Origin: a virus
Taxonomy: Duplodnaviria > Caudoviricetes
Length of the DNA: 64,000 bases
Virus record (IMG/VR): IMGVR_UViG_2914436621_000001
Coordinates: 1 to 64,000 of that record
Reading direction: 5' to 3' (one strand)
The notes under the pieces were generated by a model that did not search any database, was not told where the DNA came from, and saw only the letters and a list, made by a program, of their open reading frames with translations. A program made the translations under genes and the position numbers. Below, in pieces: positions 1 through 10,339 of this stretch. Position 1 is the stretch's first letter; each line of letters starts with the position of its first letter.

Positions 1-192
1 CCCGACCCGCTACTGCCACAGCGCCAGCTTGAAGAAATTGCCGAGCGAGGTTGGGTTGTGGCAACGTCCCAACTCCAGGCAGTCTTGGGAGTCGCGCCAA
101 AGGAGGGCGATCGCTACGGGTTCCAGCTTCAGCGCTGTGGCCGGATTGGCCGGGAGGCCGGCTGGCAGATACTAAAAAACCCTCGCGTGTGA
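1..192 (+). CDS. 3' end of a hypothetical protein (partial, not in ORF track)
   Basis: Open frame from base 1: PDPLLPQRQLEEIAERGWVVATSQLQAVLG...RYGFQLQRCGRIGREAGWQILKNPRV*, TGA at 190-192. Confidence 0.6.
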   Translation, partial: PDPLLPQRQLEEIAERGWVVATSQLQAVLGVAPKEGDRYGFQLQRCGRIGREAGWQILKNPRV

Positions 193-199
193 GCGAGGG
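173..199 (-). terminator. Intrinsic terminator at end of late operon
   Basis: CCCTCGC-TCACAC-GCGAGGG followed by T-tract on minus strand. Confidence 0.65.
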
Positions 200-224
200 C
201 GGGAGCTTGAGTCTTGAGTTGGGC

Positions 225-1196
225 TTATGCGGCTGTTGCTTGCCGCATCGTTTTTGCTACTTTTAGGAGTCCTTCATAGGCTCTTTTCTCGTCAGGCTTG
301 TTGTTATATTTCTTGGCGATCGCTTTAGCGATGCGGCTCAAGAAATCTTTGCCAGCATCCGTTTCGCTGGTGATTTGCACTATATAAAACGACTGCTGCT
401 CCTCATCCTTGGGCAACAGCTTGCTCAGAGTGGGCTGATAGCGATTGCTCACCGATTTGCCAAACCCGCTCGGCAACTTCAGTGCGGAGGATTTTGACTC
501 CTCCTCTACCTCTACAGCGTCTGGCTCATTGATTGTGATTCCTGTCGCCGCACCATTTTGCTTGGCCTCGGTCACGGGTACCACGGGCGCTGGCAGCGAT
601 CGAATCTTCGCCTTCAGCTCGGCTGCCCAATAGTCGATCACCGTGTCGCCTGCGTTTGGGGCAACCGTGTACGTTGTGCCATCAAAATCCATCTCAGGCT
701 TTGCAGCCAGAATTTGTTTGATGATAATCGCGGTTGGCTGCCCGGTGATGCTGGAGATTTGCTCTGCCAACTGGTCAATCGGGACAAAGTTTTCGTTGAT
801 TGCTAGCACCTGTGTTGAAGCAGTTTGAGCCGCTGGTTTCTCCAGAATTGCCGTCCCCATGCCGATATCCTCAATAATGGCGGTTGCGATCGATTCTAGT
901 TCTTCTGAGGATAAGCGGGGTAGTATCTCGCGTGTGGCTTCTGCCCATACACGCTCTTGGTTTAGCCATAAAGTCACCTGCTCACAGCCGGTGATCAACC
1001 AAACCAGGTCTCTCACTTCAGATTTGCGCTGCAACAGGTTGCAAGCCTGGCTCGACTCAATACAGCAGATGTGCATCTGGTAGGCCGAGTCTAGATACAG
1101 AAAGGTGGATGGATGTAGCTGCAACTCGGTGTGGAGCCGCAACTGGCGCGATCGCCGCAGCAGGGAGAAATCTTCTTCAGTCAGCTCAAAAGTCAT
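225..1196 (-). CDS. Hypothetical protein
   Basis: 323-aa ORF preceded by the GTAGGAAC motif. Confidence 0.75.
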   Translation of the reverse strand: MTFELTEEDFSLLRRSRQLRLHTELQLHPSTFLYLDSAYQMHICCIESSQACNLLQRKSEVRDLVWLITGCEQVTLWLNQERVWAEATREILPRLSSEELESIATAIIEDIGMGTAILEKPAAQTASTQVLAINENFVPIDQLAEQISSITGQPTAIIIKQILAAKPEMDFDGTTYTVAPNAGDTVIDYWAAELKAKIRSLPAPVVPVTEAKQNGAATGITINEPDAVEVEEESKSSALKLPSGFGKSVSNRYQPTLSKLLPKDEEQQSFYIVQITSETDAGKDFLSRIAKAIAKKYNNKPDEKRAYEGLLKVAKTMRQATAA

Positions 1197-1225
1197 AGGG
1201 CAGTCTCAACGCTGCCGTATGGTTC

Positions 1226-1756
1226 CTACCCCCATCCAGCGGAGAGGTCGTAAGCGGCGACGGCTTCAATGCTTTCCAGGGAATCGATCGCCTTTTTATG
1301 GTTCTGGCAGTCTGTATGGACTTTCGAGACATGCGCGAACAGCGTTAGCCCCAACGCAACGATCTGAGATGAATCCAGTTCGATTTCCTGGTTATCCGCT
1401 GTTTTCCAGGTGCCCTGCCAGTAGCCCATTTGTGCCACTAGCACGGCCCCTGATATGCGGGTTGTGGAATCGCGATCGCTCTGCCAGACCTCACCGTTCC
1501 ACTCAAATGTGGAAAATTCGTATTGCTCGCGGAGCTGGTCAACTTCGCGCTTGCGGTCGGCCTTGAGGCGATCGATCGCAGTGCCTTCATAGTCCAGTAG
1601 AAGCTGCTCCAGTTCGGCCTGGGTAGGTTCTGGCAGAGTGGGGTGGCTCCAGTCAAAAAGCCTGCCGGATCTGCCGTCTGGGTCAATCTCGCAATTAGCG
1701 ACAAAGCCGTAACGCTTAATGATGGCTTGAGGCAAAAGTAACCAGTTCGTGTTCAT
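1226..1756 (-). CDS. DUF4376-like tail-fibre-associated/assembly protein
   Basis: WQSDRDSTTRI...WKTADN...HKKAIDSLESIEAVAAYD..W pattern, directly after a fibre-like gene. Confidence 0.7.
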   Translation of the reverse strand: MNTNWLLLPQAIIKRYGFVANCEIDPDGRSGRLFDWSHPTLPEPTQAELEQLLLDYEGTAIDRLKADRKREVDQLREQYEFSTFEWNGEVWQSDRDSTTRISGAVLVAQMGYWQGTWKTADNQEIELDSSQIVALGLTLFAHVSKVHTDCQNHKKAIDSLESIEAVAAYDLSAGWG

Positions 1757-2502
1757 GCGAGTTCCATCACTTCAATGAACGTTTTGATCACACCACCATG
1801 CCTGCGGCGATCGTTGCCCCCCCAGTAGCCGTTAATCACGATGTATGGCGCAAAGCCTACCGGAACACCTGTTCTAACGTGAAAGGTTGTGGCGGTTAGC
1901 GAGTTAGACGGTACCGATGCCCCTAGAAGCGCTGGGGCGAGCCGATAAAGCGTTCCCTGCTCGCCCCCGGCACTGGCGATCGCGTTGGCGTTGTTATCTC
2001 GAAACATCGCAAATTGATGCTGCGAATTGTCGGAGGATTCGGTTGATCCGCTACCCCAATACACAACGGCATGAACCCGCAGCTTGCTGGACTCAGACAA
2101 TGGAGTGACCTGGATACTCAAGCCTGGAATTGCCGACCCTTCTGTAATTTGCGGAATCGTGTCGTCCCAGGGAATTTGTGCTGTGGCCGAGGATGAGAAA
2201 GTCATCAGGTTTGTAACCTCTACGACCTTGTGCTGCAACAGCACTCCGCCGCTACCACCAGAACCACCGGACGGCGTAGCATAAACCAGGTTATTGCCAG
2301 CACCTTTTGCCAGCACCTGCCCAACCGTTGCTGCCGCAAAACCGTTGATAATATTGGCTAGCCGATCGTCCAGCAACGTCTCAGACAGCTTGCCATTGCT
2401 GCCTAGAGACGGAATCTTGTTAGCATCAGCAGCGCCCATAGAGCTAACTGCCGTGCTCATCCATTGCCGCACACCGTCTATCAGCGTCAGATAGCGTGTC
2501 AT
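1753..2502 (-). CDS. Tail fibre / receptor-binding-like protein
   Basis: Gly-Ser linker then GVLLQ...ITP....SK...C-terminal beta domain typical of phage fibre tips. Confidence 0.6.
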   Translation of the reverse strand: MTRYLTLIDGVRQWMSTAVSSMGAADANKIPSLGSNGKLSETLLDDRLANIINGFAAATVGQVLAKGAGNNLVYATPSGGSGGSGGVLLQHKVVEVTNLMTFSSSATAQIPWDDTIPQITEGSAIPGLSIQVTPLSESSKLRVHAVVYWGSGSTESSDNSQHQFAMFRDNNANAIASAGGEQGTLYRLAPALLGASVPSNSLTATTFHVRTGVPVGFAPYIVINGYWGGNDRRRHGGVIKTFIEVMELA

Positions 2503-3008
2503 GATGCGATCAAAATATATCCGTCGTATTCAAACAAAATCGCAGTAGCAGAGGGCGCAAACCCCAATTGCTGCACGATGTATCCCGGCGTAGTAGCGGG
2601 GGGAGTAATGCTTGCCGCCCCTGGCGTTGTTGCAGAAAGCCAAACCACGCCCCCAGGCGGCATCCCAGAAACGGCGGTATTCCGCCCCTGGCAAAAAACC
2701 GTAGCGTTCTGCCCATTGGAGACGGCAGACAGCACAAACCCGTTCGCCGCCCGGTTGTTTGAAGCATCGGCCTTGCGAACCTTGCGAGTCCCTGAATCGA
2801 GCCAGATGTTGACAAAATCTCCGGCTGATAGCGCTTCCGAGGCCAGAATTGTGTCGGTGTCAGCCGCAACCCCAATCGGCATCAGCGATTGATCCAACCG
2901 CCCATCTGTTCCGGTTGCCACAATTTTGTTGGCATCTGCTGCCCCACCAGACGCAGTAATCGCGTTGATCAGGGTTCGTATCCCGTCAATGACAGTCAAG
3001 AATTCCAT
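2499..3008 (-). CDS. Virion structural protein
   Basis: Coupled start/stop; ASEALSAGDFVNI..KADAS..A.GFV motif common in phage structural proteins. Confidence 0.6.
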   Translation of the reverse strand: MEFLTVIDGIRTLINAITASGGAADANKIVATGTDGRLDQSLMPIGVAADTDTILASEALSAGDFVNIWLDSGTRKVRKADASNNRAANGFVLSAVSNGQNATVFCQGRNTAVSGMPPGGVVWLSATTPGAASITPPATTPGYIVQQLGFAPSATAILFEYDGYILIAS

Positions 3009-3508
3009 AACTGCGTCGGCTCCTGTTGTTGAATAAAAATTTGAGTGGGCGAAATCACCATCCCCACCATCAGCAAGAAGCCTGATGTTGGTGGAGTCTG
3101 GGTCAATGTGCCGTTGATTCCTAGAAAAATGGGTAGTCCTGGAATCCAGTTCCAGGCCGCATCGCTGAACAGCCCCTCCACCAAAACTGGCACCGCAGCT
3201 CCAGCCTCAACCGCCGATCGCACCAGACCCACGACGCTAAACATCTGCGCCAGATTGCTGCTGTCGGCGTAAATTAAGTTGCCGTTAGAGTCGATCGCCA
3301 CCATTCGCAGCGCACTCAACGCCACTGCGGCGATAATCGGCTCGGTTTCCAGCGCTCGGCTGTTTGTTGTGCCCCGTCCCGGCAAGCCAACGCTGACCCT
3401 GGCCGCAATCCGTACCGCAGCCGGACGCACCACAACCGTGGTTGATTGCTCAATGCCACTCATACCGTCACCTCCCGCGCCACCAAAACCGCCCCTTCCA
3501 GTGGGCAT
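2996..3508 (-). CDS. Virion structural protein (start probably ATG at 3463)
   Basis: Paralogous C-terminal domain to 2499-3008 (W.PG..IFL...G...P..G...VG..S.T.I). Confidence 0.6.
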   Translation of the reverse strand: MPTGRGGFGGAGGDGMSGIEQSTTVVVRPAAVRIAARVSVGLPGRGTTNSRALETEPIIAAVALSALRMVAIDSNGNLIYADSSNLAQMFSVVGLVRSAVEAGAAVPVLVEGLFSDAAWNWIPGLPIFLGINGTLTQTPPTSGFLLMVGMVISPTQIFIQQQEPTQLWNS

Positions 3509-4050
3509 TCAATTCGGCTATCGGGATAAATCAGCTCAACATCCCAGAGGTAGTCGCACGGCTGCGGTTCGCGCAGTTGCAACTCGCTTTCATTGATTGA
3601 TGCGCCTGCAACCAGGTTTGCTGGCAGAGCGCTGGTCTGAATGTTGGTGAGCGACAGCAAGATAAATCCATCTGGGTCGATCGCCGGAGTGAAAATGGCG
3701 ATCAACTCTCCGCTTTGCTTACGAATCTGGGAACGAGCCGTGCAACCAGCCAGATCAGCAACAACCTGTCCTTTCGCGTTGCGCTCCAACGGCAATGGAA
3801 TAGCGACGACGGGTAGGGCGATCGCCCCCAACCCAACGTCCTCACTCAGTTCATAATCAATGCCGTCAAAATCAATGTTGGTTCCCGCAACAAGTGGCGA
3901 TCGCAGCGGTTGAATTGGGATTGCAGGCGCACCGGGTTGCACATCCGCCGACACTTTGATCGGCTCTCCTTGCAGCACTTTGATGCTCAGAGCATAGTCT
4001 GCGCCTTGCTTAATTAATAAGTTGAGCTTGACTGGAATCACAACGCCCAA
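3460..4050 (-). CDS. Phage structural protein (baseplate upper/BppU-like)
   Basis: NLLIKQGADY..., TARSQIRK, YLWDVEL...LEGAV.V..EVT pattern. Confidence 0.55.
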   Translation of the reverse strand: MGVVIPVKLNLLIKQGADYALSIKVLQGEPIKVSADVQPGAPAIPIQPLRSPLVAGTNIDFDGIDYELSEDVGLGAIALPVVAIPLPLERNAKGQVVADLAGCTARSQIRKQSGELIAIFTPAIDPDGFILLSLTNIQTSALPANLVAGASINESELQLREPQPCDYLWDVELIYPDSRIECPLEGAVLVAREVTV

Positions 4051-4077
4051 GGATAGGTGGACGCTCTGTTGTTCCCA

Positions 4078-4392
4078 CTAGCGCGGCATCCCCTTCATGT
4101 AGCCGTAAGGGTTGCTGGCAGGCCGATGCACAGTCACCGCCTTGCCGCTGGCAACCCCACCGCTGGTGATGCTCTCGCAATACATAAACGAACCGTCCGC
4201 ACCCTTCGAGCGATGCAACCCGGTCGAGGCTTCATAGCCCTGGTAGATGGCATTGAACTGGGTTTGGCGATCGCGCCGCTGCTCTTGCAGATTCGATCGC
4301 CTCATATATTGGCTTTGCTGCTGATTTGCCGCCAGGATGGCTATCTGTTTGGCTCGGTTCATATCGGGTTCATATCGGGTAGTAGTTGCCAA
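4078..4392 (-). CDS. Hypothetical tail-region protein
   Basis: 104-aa ORF; shares ITSGGVASGKAV..MPR motif with N-terminus of 4370-6238. Confidence 0.6.
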   Translation of the reverse strand: MATTTRYEPDMNRAKQIAILAANQQQSQYMRRSNLQEQRRDRQTQFNAIYQGYEASTGLHRSKGADGSFMYCESITSGGVASGKAVTVHRPASNPYGYMKGMPR

Positions 4393-6238
4393 GTTCGCCG
4401 TATTGATCGAAGCTTTCCCCGACCAGGGTAAGAGGCGTTCTCATGCTGCTCTCTGGCTGGTCTGCCCGTCTAAATTGGTAGACTCCATCCTCATCCAGGC
4501 TCATCGTCCAAGCCCCGGCATAGTCAGTAGCTGCTAACTCAGGCTGGTTTGGGATAGGGGTAGCGATATAAACCCTGTTTCCAATCCAGGTTGAGCGCTG
4601 TGGAAGGTCAATTACTTTCAGTCCTACAATTGGTAGGCCAGCCATCCCTTCACCTGTGCGCCCGTCAGGTCGATAGATGCTCGCCGGATAGTAGCCCATC
4701 GAATTACGGTTCAACTGTTGCAGCAAGTCGTGGATGCTGCCCGTGTTGCTTACGATCGTGCCGTTTTCAGTTGCCCAGTAGTCCCAGGGAACCCGCACAA
4801 CTCGATCGAACTCGACGGTGATGGAAGTGTATATCCGACTCTCGGGAAGTAGAGGCTCAATAATAAGGTCGTAAGCCGCATCAACAATGGTTCCAAAGCC
4901 TTTAATTGCCCTGGTTCCACCCTCCGCCTGACCTTCTTCTAAGACTGAAACAATTACTTGTAAGCCAATCAACTTATCCCACAGCGGATGTTCGCCTGAA
5001 CCTGTGTCAGCCTCCAGCGCAGCCAACCCTGTGCCTTTTGTATAGGTATGGATTTCATTTGCAACTGGCGGCGAAACCGCCTCTGCGTCAATAAGGGCAT
5101 GAAAAAACGGAATATTGTTGCAGGCTATAAATTCATCATTCTCATATAGCCAAACCCCGTTAACCAAACCCTCCCCATACGTCGCAAACCTATTCGGACT
5201 TTCTAATCCCGATTGACCTCCGATCGCCCGATAAACTAACGCTCTGGACTGAGATTGATCAATTAATAATGTTTGGTGCCAGTCAAAATCGACGTTATAG
5301 CTGTAGCTGCTACTGCCACCCTGCACACTACTAGAGCTAATCGATTGGCGCATCGAGAACGGAATGTTAACAGATTTGAGAATGAACTGCCTGCCCTCGA
5401 TACTAATGTTGTAATCGAATTCCGAAGCGACAACGGTTCCATCCTCAATATATGTGGGATAGAACCCTTGAAACACGCTGAATGTGCCGCCCTCAAAGGC
5501 GATCGCCTCATCGTTAGTGTCAATGGAAATGCCTTCAATCGTTCCGGAATAATCCCACTCAATAGACCCACTGCCGTCTGGGCTAAATCTAAAATCCCCG
5601 CTTGCCGATAGCTGACTGGGTTGAACTAATTCAATCTGGTTGCTTTCAGTTAGCTGCACTTGTGGGATGGCGACACCAACCAGGAGGCCATAGCCGACTG
5701 GGATTGGTCCATAGGTTCTGCTACTTTCAATTTCGCTGATTCCGGCCTGGTTCAGAACAGTAATCGTGGTTGGCTTTTGGATAGAGGCCAAGTTTGCAAT
5801 AAACCGCACTCCATTGATTTGGTGGATTTGAATAGGAATCAATGGGGAGTCTTCAAGCGCCAGTCGCGCCGTTTTGCCGCCCAAATAAGTTTGGTTGTCA
5901 ATGGTGTAGATCCAAAGAAACTTACCAACAGGTGGCGGCAGCGGCGGGATATCCTCTTGCTTTCGCCTCGGCCTCGGCATGGCATCAACTACACTCCCAG
6001 CGCCGTCTATTGCTTGCCCTGCGGCAATGCCCCCAGTGGTAATCAGTTCGCCGGCGGCGATCGCTTCACCCCCAGCACCACGAACGATCGCCACCCCCCA
6101 ATCAGCATCAATGCCCTCCAGGGTGGCAGCACCGCTCATTTCTTCCAGGGCAAGCTGCGCCTCAGTTGCCCGATTCAGATGGTTCGCCCTGGCAGAATCA
6201 GCCCCAAACAGAGCGATCGCCCTGGCTCTAGACTCCAT
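4370..6238 (-). CDS. Tail-tip region protein
   Basis: 622-aa ORF in tail operon, beta-rich C-terminus. Confidence 0.65.
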   Translation of the reverse strand: MESRARAIALFGADSARANHLNRATEAQLALEEMSGAATLEGIDADWGVAIVRGAGGEAIAAGELITTGGIAAGQAIDGAGSVVDAMPRPRRKQEDIPPLPPPVGKFLWIYTIDNQTYLGGKTARLALEDSPLIPIQIHQINGVRFIANLASIQKPTTITVLNQAGISEIESSRTYGPIPVGYGLLVGVAIPQVQLTESNQIELVQPSQLSASGDFRFSPDGSGSIEWDYSGTIEGISIDTNDEAIAFEGGTFSVFQGFYPTYIEDGTVVASEFDYNISIEGRQFILKSVNIPFSMRQSISSSSVQGGSSSYSYNVDFDWHQTLLIDQSQSRALVYRAIGGQSGLESPNRFATYGEGLVNGVWLYENDEFIACNNIPFFHALIDAEAVSPPVANEIHTYTKGTGLAALEADTGSGEHPLWDKLIGLQVIVSVLEEGQAEGGTRAIKGFGTIVDAAYDLIIEPLLPESRIYTSITVEFDRVVRVPWDYWATENGTIVSNTGSIHDLLQQLNRNSMGYYPASIYRPDGRTGEGMAGLPIVGLKVIDLPQRSTWIGNRVYIATPIPNQPELAATDYAGAWTMSLDEDGVYQFRRADQPESSMRTPLTLVGESFDQYGELGNYYPI

Positions 6239-6920
6239 TGGCGTTGCCAGAATTCAAAACGTTGATTTCAACGGCGATCGTTTCGGTATTGCCGTCAGAA
6301 ATAGTGATCAGGTCGTAAGTTGCCACCCAGACCGGGTATCCGTTGGCGAATCGCAACGTATGATCGCCAGCCCCAGCGTTGGTGAGATTCACCTTAGTCA
6401 GCAACGCCTGGTCTTGATATAGCTCAATCAAATTGGCTGAAACCGACTTCAAATAATAAATTTGTGCGGCAATGCCGCCTGGAACGGTGTCGCTGCTGGT
6501 GACGATGACGCGATCGCCATCTGTGCCACCGTGTGCGGCAACCTGCAACTGGCTGTTGACCAGGTCAACTGCGGCGATCGGCTTGTTTGCCGCTCCACTG
6601 CGACCCTGCCACAGCACAGCCTGAACAAATTGAATCGTGCCACCGGCTGCGCTAAACGTTAACATCTCGCTCGGCAGTTCAAACCGCTTTTGAACCGAGT
6701 CATAGGTACCCACGTCAGCCAGATACGGTTGGGGCACATAGCCAGTGGTCTGCGCCACTTCAGAAGCAATTACGTCGTATGCCGAGGATTGACGAGTCAA
6801 TGGAGCAACCGGATTGCACAGCAACAGAGAGAACAGTGCCGGATTGGGTGCGGCAGCTCCACGAAACATAACGTTTCCAACCCGATCTAGAAATGAGTTA
6901 AATGCTGTCCAATCTGACAT
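6228..6920 (-). CDS. Phage tail structural protein
   Basis: 230-aa ORF; contains HG..DGDRV..TS..T.PGG....YY module seen in phage structural proteins. Confidence 0.65.
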   Translation of the reverse strand: MSDWTAFNSFLDRVGNVMFRGAAAPNPALFSLLLCNPVAPLTRQSSAYDVIASEVAQTTGYVPQPYLADVGTYDSVQKRFELPSEMLTFSAAGGTIQFVQAVLWQGRSGAANKPIAAVDLVNSQLQVAAHGGTDGDRVIVTSSDTVPGGIAAQIYYLKSVSANLIELYQDQALLTKVNLTNAGAGDHTLRFANGYPVWVATYDLITISDGNTETIAVEINVLNSGNANGV

Positions 6921-6962
6921 TTCGACTATCCCAAAAGCGGCTGTGCTGTAGTTCCCACGCCG

Positions 6963-9788
6963 CTAGAAGGGGTATTCGTTGCCGATGCCACCGTTGTAGA
7001 GTTCGTCTCGTTCTGCCGAAGTCAGCACACGGTGCCAGAGGTGCAAGGCATCAATGTACGACGTATTTTGCAGCATCAGGGTGGTGTGGTTTTTGCCGAC
7101 TTGCATGGGAGAGTCAAGCCCATACGCCGCATACGGATCAAGCTGATCTCGCTGGTCTGTAGAGGTTGTGCCGTCATTCATGTTTCGAATTTCAAAGCCC
7201 ATCTGATCGTCCGCAAAGCTATGCCAGCAAATGATCAGATACGTTTGTCCTGAGATTAAAGGTGTGCCGTTGAGAATATTGCCACCGCGAGCGAATCTAA
7301 ACGCATTGCCAGACGTGGTGTAGAGGTAATATTCAACCTCCAGCGCGTCAGTTCCTTTATGCAGCAGCGGCCTAGCGCCACCGCGATGCGAATAAATGAG
7401 AGCGATCGTACAGTCGCGATCGCCAATACTCACTGCTGAATTGCTCGGCTGAGTCAGGTATCCCGCCCCATTGAACACAGCCGCATTGCCAATCCAACCG
7501 GGGGCGATCGCCTGTCCGCCAATATTGGTGAAGTGGCTGTTGCCAATGGCATCGTTGAAATTCGTGTCAAACGTCCACGCTCCAACCAATCCAGACGCTA
7601 ACCCGCTGACGACTGGCTGATCGATCGTTGCCCTGCCCCCAAACCCGATCGCTCCTTTTGCCCCATAGCTGCGGCGGCTTCTGCCACCGATACCAAATCC
7701 ACCAAACGCCGCTCTTAAGCGTAGTGCCTTGCCCCCAAAGCCAAACCCGCCAAGCGCTGAAATAGGCGGCAGGGCAATCCCTTTGGCGATCGGGTAATGT
7801 GTGGCACTCCCACTCAGGGCGATCGCCCCTGTAGCCTTCAGGATTAGCCGTTGCAGCGGGATGATGGGTTGCTCTGTCGTGGCGGCTGGATCGGGGTTCG
7901 GCTCTGCCGGGTAAGAGTCGCTTGCGCCAGCAGTCCTGCCCACCCTCATGCAGTCTGCCACGATGAAGGTTTGGTCGTTGGCCAATGTCCATGTCACAGA
8001 ATCAGTCAGCCCTAAATAGATTGCGCCGTTGAACTCAACGTCCAGGCGGCTCATGGGGTGATAACTGAACCAACTATCGTTGAAATCGCTCATCACCCTG
8101 AATCCCTGGTGACGACACTTTAAAAGCTGCCCGAACACCTCAGCGAGTTTATCGGCCTGCTCTTCGCTGGTTAAATAATCAAACTGGTACGTCCGTTCTC
8201 TAGGGCTAAAATCTGCGCCAGTCAACGGTTTGAACTTGGCCTCGCCCTCATACTGCTTTTCTTCCCGGTTCTGTTTTGGCTTGCGGGTATTCGCAGCCGG
8301 TGGCTGTGACTCGCCGGATCGCGATGTGGTGGTGCGATCGCGCACCGTTGCCAGGGACAAAAACGCCGCAATAGAGCCAGTCGAAACCCGTGCGGCCTGC
8401 TGTAATTTCTCCTTTTCCTCCCACTCGCCCTTATTCACCTCTGTCCATTCCTGCCGGGATGTTTCAGCAGTAAATAGCGGATCGGGACTGCCTAACGATT
8501 CGCTCCAGTTGTTCGCCTTGCCTGCAATCTTCCCTAGCGGCTCCAATCTGGTTTTAGCAATGGATTTCGTCTGTGTGCCCGATTTGTATTGATAGCTAGT
8601 TGTGGCCTCACTAGCATTCATCATTGATAAAAATCCAGGATTGTTGTCAGGCGGATTGCTCAGATAGTAGTCGCGCAGGACAACGCCGCGTGGCTCCCTG
8701 GACTTTTCAATGACTTTGTTGAGCCGCCCTTCCTCACTCTGTTCATAGACACTGGTTTCAATGCTGGTCTTACTGGGTCGCAGAGCATAAGGACTGCCGT
8801 CTGGCTTAAAGCCCAACTGCTCATAAAACCCGTTGTCAATCAGCAGTCCTCGCGCCTTCTCTTCGCTAATTTGGCGGACGCGCAGATTGGCACTCCAACC
8901 CCAGGTTTCAATGGTGCGAACGGCCAGCGTTTTCGCGGCTCCCGCCCCCTCAACGATCGATTCCCTGGGCAGATATTCTTCGCTGACCGTGCGCCCCTGG
9001 TCATTGGTAGCGCTGACCACGTATCCTGTGCCGCTGACTTTAACCAGCGGCGCTGGCCGTTCGCCACCCTGGGCCGGTGTGAATCCATCCGCGTCATTCA
9101 CGCCGATGGTTTGCTTAAACAGCCGTTTCGCAGGTTTGAGGTTAATGGTTTGCGCCCGTACTACGCCTTGCTTATCAACCCACAACCCACGCAACCCGCC
9201 GATCGCCACGGCTCCTGCCTGTTTAATGTAACTGGCTTGAGTCTTAGGTATGGGGTAGTTGAGCGGGTATTGCTCCACCGAGCCGTTGAACTCCAGTCCA
9301 ACCGTCTCCAGAAGCGTTGCAATGATGTCAGTTCGGGGAGTGTTGGTGCCAAATTCAATCCCGCTCTTATCGTCATCGGGTTGCCTGAAATCCAGCAGCA
9401 CCAACGCATCACCCAAACTAAGCTCGATCTGCGGGTTGCCTGGATACGGCGGAATCGGGTCTTTCAGAATGAATAAATGGCTTCTAGGATGGAGGCGTAG
9501 GGACTTGCTCTGATCGGCAACTTTGACAATGACATGGTTGCCGATCGCCCATCGTTCCGGGTTCTCCCAGGATGAAAAACTCTCGCCAGTCCAGGCGATC
9601 GGGATTTGCAGGCTGAGCTTACCTGTGGTGCGGAGGATGCCAGTTTCACTGATTTGTTCATCCGTTGCCAGAAAGAATCCTTCAGACGCACCACTACAGG
9701 CTTGAGTGACTTCTAGCCCTGTCGATTCGTCCTCACCGGGTTTGCAAACCCAGATTCGGTAACCCCTCGCGCTGAGATTCACCGTCAT
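6963..9788 (-). CDS. Large tail-tip/hub protein with C-terminal LamG (ConA-like) domain
   Basis: C-terminus GLVGAWTFD...G.IGNAAVFNG...IDALHLWHRVLTSAERDELYN is a LamG signature; Gly-rich GF repeats precede it. Confidence 0.75.
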   Translation of the reverse strand: MTVNLSARGYRIWVCKPGEDESTGLEVTQACSGASEGFFLATDEQISETGILRTTGKLSLQIPIAWTGESFSSWENPERWAIGNHVIVKVADQSKSLRLHPRSHLFILKDPIPPYPGNPQIELSLGDALVLLDFRQPDDDKSGIEFGTNTPRTDIIATLLETVGLEFNGSVEQYPLNYPIPKTQASYIKQAGAVAIGGLRGLWVDKQGVVRAQTINLKPAKRLFKQTIGVNDADGFTPAQGGERPAPLVKVSGTGYVVSATNDQGRTVSEEYLPRESIVEGAGAAKTLAVRTIETWGWSANLRVRQISEEKARGLLIDNGFYEQLGFKPDGSPYALRPSKTSIETSVYEQSEEGRLNKVIEKSREPRGVVLRDYYLSNPPDNNPGFLSMMNASEATTSYQYKSGTQTKSIAKTRLEPLGKIAGKANNWSESLGSPDPLFTAETSRQEWTEVNKGEWEEKEKLQQAARVSTGSIAAFLSLATVRDRTTTSRSGESQPPAANTRKPKQNREEKQYEGEAKFKPLTGADFSPRERTYQFDYLTSEEQADKLAEVFGQLLKCRHQGFRVMSDFNDSWFSYHPMSRLDVEFNGAIYLGLTDSVTWTLANDQTFIVADCMRVGRTAGASDSYPAEPNPDPAATTEQPIIPLQRLILKATGAIALSGSATHYPIAKGIALPPISALGGFGFGGKALRLRAAFGGFGIGGRSRRSYGAKGAIGFGGRATIDQPVVSGLASGLVGAWTFDTNFNDAIGNSHFTNIGGQAIAPGWIGNAAVFNGAGYLTQPSNSAVSIGDRDCTIALIYSHRGGARPLLHKGTDALEVEYYLYTTSGNAFRFARGGNILNGTPLISGQTYLIICWHSFADDQMGFEIRNMNDGTTSTDQRDQLDPYAAYGLDSPMQVGKNHTTLMLQNTSYIDALHLWHRVLTSAERDELYNGGIGNEYPF

Positions 9789-10267
9789 ACTGCCGCCACC
9801 TTGTCGGTTTCAACCAGGGTGAATCGTGCCCCCCAATAAGCGCGCTGATGGTCAAATCGTGGCTCTTGACTGAACCACGCCTTGAACTGAGCGTAATAAA
9901 GACAGTGAGTTGGATTGGGTTCTGGCAGGTCTAGCTGTTCGGTGCCAGGGGCGATCGCCCTCGTTCTGGGTAGTCGTTCTTCGTAATATTGAGTCGTATC
10001 AATGATGGTGACGTTGGCATCCTGGAGCGATCGCCGCCGAAAATCATGCTCGGCATAAATCAGCTTGAGTAGATGCAGTTCCCTGTCTTCAAGCAGCACG
10101 TTGATATCCCAAAGATGCTTGGGTTCGTAGAACGTGCCGCTGCCAACGGGTGTACCCGCAGCGGTGTAGCTGACCTTGCCAATGTCCGCCCGAATTCGTG
10201 GATATTCTTTGCTGGCAAAGACATCGAGGCTGACAGACAGATTGGCGATTTGCAGGATTAGGCTCAT
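9785..10267 (-). CDS. Distal tail (Dit-like position) protein
   Basis: Immediately downstream of tape measure; likely start MSLILQ at 10267, with the promoter motif ~25 nt upstream. Confidence 0.6.
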   Translation of the reverse strand: MSLILQIANLSVSLDVFASKEYPRIRADIGKVSYTAAGTPVGSGTFYEPKHLWDINVLLEDRELHLLKLIYAEHDFRRRSLQDANVTIIDTTQYYEERLPRTRAIAPGTEQLDLPEPNPTHCLYYAQFKAWFSQEPRFDHQRAYWGARFTLVETDKVAAV

Positions 10268-10312
10268 TTTGGTGACTTGCGCTGACCCTGGAATTCCCAC
10301 CCATGCCAGGAA

Positions 10313-10339
10313 CCAAATCCGCAACCGTTGCGGATTTGG
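10313..10339. repeat. Palindrome family A: CCAAATCCGCAAC-C-GTTGCGGATTTGG
   Basis: Perfect 13-1-13 inverted repeat; other copies at 21059, 46298 and 55033. Confidence 0.9.

Noticed and set aside
1226-9788. Diversity-generating retroelement acting on fibre genes
   Set aside because: No reverse transcriptase or TR/VR pair differing at adenines was seen in the window
10313-10339. Palindrome A as a simple rho-independent terminator
   Set aside because: It has a one-base centre, no U-tract, and nearly identical copies at unrelated loci, which favours a DNA-binding site
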